From the IMG/VR virus record IMGVR_UViG_3300044638_003693, positions 1-52,578 of that record: a stretch of 52,578 bases of DNA. One strand, given 5' to 3'. The DNA is from a virus (Duplodnaviria > Caudoviricetes). Position 1 is the first letter of the stretch. Each line of letters begins with the position of its first letter. A model generated the notes under the pieces. The model was not told the origin of the DNA and did no database searches. It saw only the letters and a list, made by a program, of their open reading frames with translations. The translations under genes were made by a program, and so were the position numbers. This document shows, one piece after another, positions 52,260 through 52,578 of this stretch.

Positions 52260-52576
52260 TACTTCTTCTTTGCTGGGGCAGCCTTCTTGGCTGCTGGCTT
52301 AGCCGCTGGCTTAGCCGCTGGCTTTGCAGGGGCTTTTGCGGCGGGCTTAGCCGCTGGCTTAGCCACTGGCTTTGCTGGTTCTCCGTAGGCCTTCTTTAGG
52401 ACAGAGTGGGCCTTAGGGTTTTCCTTTTTAAAGCCGTCTAGGGTACCAGACGACTCCATGTACTTATACATGCTAGCCATCGCTTTTTTGTTCTTGTTTG
52501 AAAGGTCAGCGCTCTCCGCCGGGTTTATAGGCCTAGAAAGCCCGGTCTTGCTGTCTTCAGTGAGGATTGGGTTGTC
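52259..52576 (-). CDS. Protein with histone-H1-like PAAK tail, probably 5'-truncated by the window edge
   Basis: The frame stays open from the track start (52480) to the window end; C-terminal (KPAA)n repeats. Confidence 0.75.
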   Translation of the reverse strand, partial: DNPILTEDSKTGLSRPINPAESADLSNKNKKAMASMYKYMESSGTLDGFKKENPKAHSVLKKAYGEPAKPVAKPAAKPAAKAPAKPAAKPAAKPAAKKAAPAKKK

Positions 52577-52578
52577 AT

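Noticed and set aside
1-52578. tRNA genes, stop-codon reassignment, introns or inteins
   Set aside because: No cloverleaf seen in the gaps; conserved genes are full length in the standard code with all three stops used; PolA, DnaB and RecA show no intein-sized inserts.

Overview
About 52.6 kb of a double-stranded DNA tailed phage with a contractile (myovirus-type) tail, almost certainly infecting Actinobacteria. The host call rests on a phage-encoded WhiB, sigma-A-type TTGAC-N17-TANNNT promoters, a leaderless gene and actinobacterial operator motifs. Roughly 50% GC with heavy CTA/CTAG use would fit a freshwater Microbacteriaceae-type host (inference). Layout: (1) 1-5830, a + strand early arm with long non-coding stretches, an AAA+/VWA pair, small acidic genes and a pyrimidine-dimer-glycosylase-like gene. 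(2) 5840-25813, a - strand block with a nucleotidyltransferase / HAD-like / TGT-like trio, metallophosphoesterase, SpoVS, RuvC, Cas4-like nuclease, WhiB, RecA, PolA, SSB, a small-gene cassette array and NlpC/P60. (3) 26020-28513, a + strand surface-protein and lysis cassette. (4) 28562-35603, a - strand replication module (SNF2, primase, DnaB, DnaC-like loader, initiator with internal origin-like repeats). (5) 35662-50346, baseplate, tape measure, tube and sheath genes. (6) 50343-end, small Lys-rich proteins. I saw no capsid, large terminase, integrase, tRNA or CRISPR in the window. The most striking unexplained signal is that the early non-coding DNA is packed with matches to host transcription-factor operators: tandem NrdR boxes, CIRCE/HrcA, a PHO box, MtrA/GlnR-type repeats and WhiA GACAC boxes. 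This suggests either an operator-decoy (repressor titration) system or multi-signal control of early genes. All family assignments are by-eye motif recognition, not database searches.
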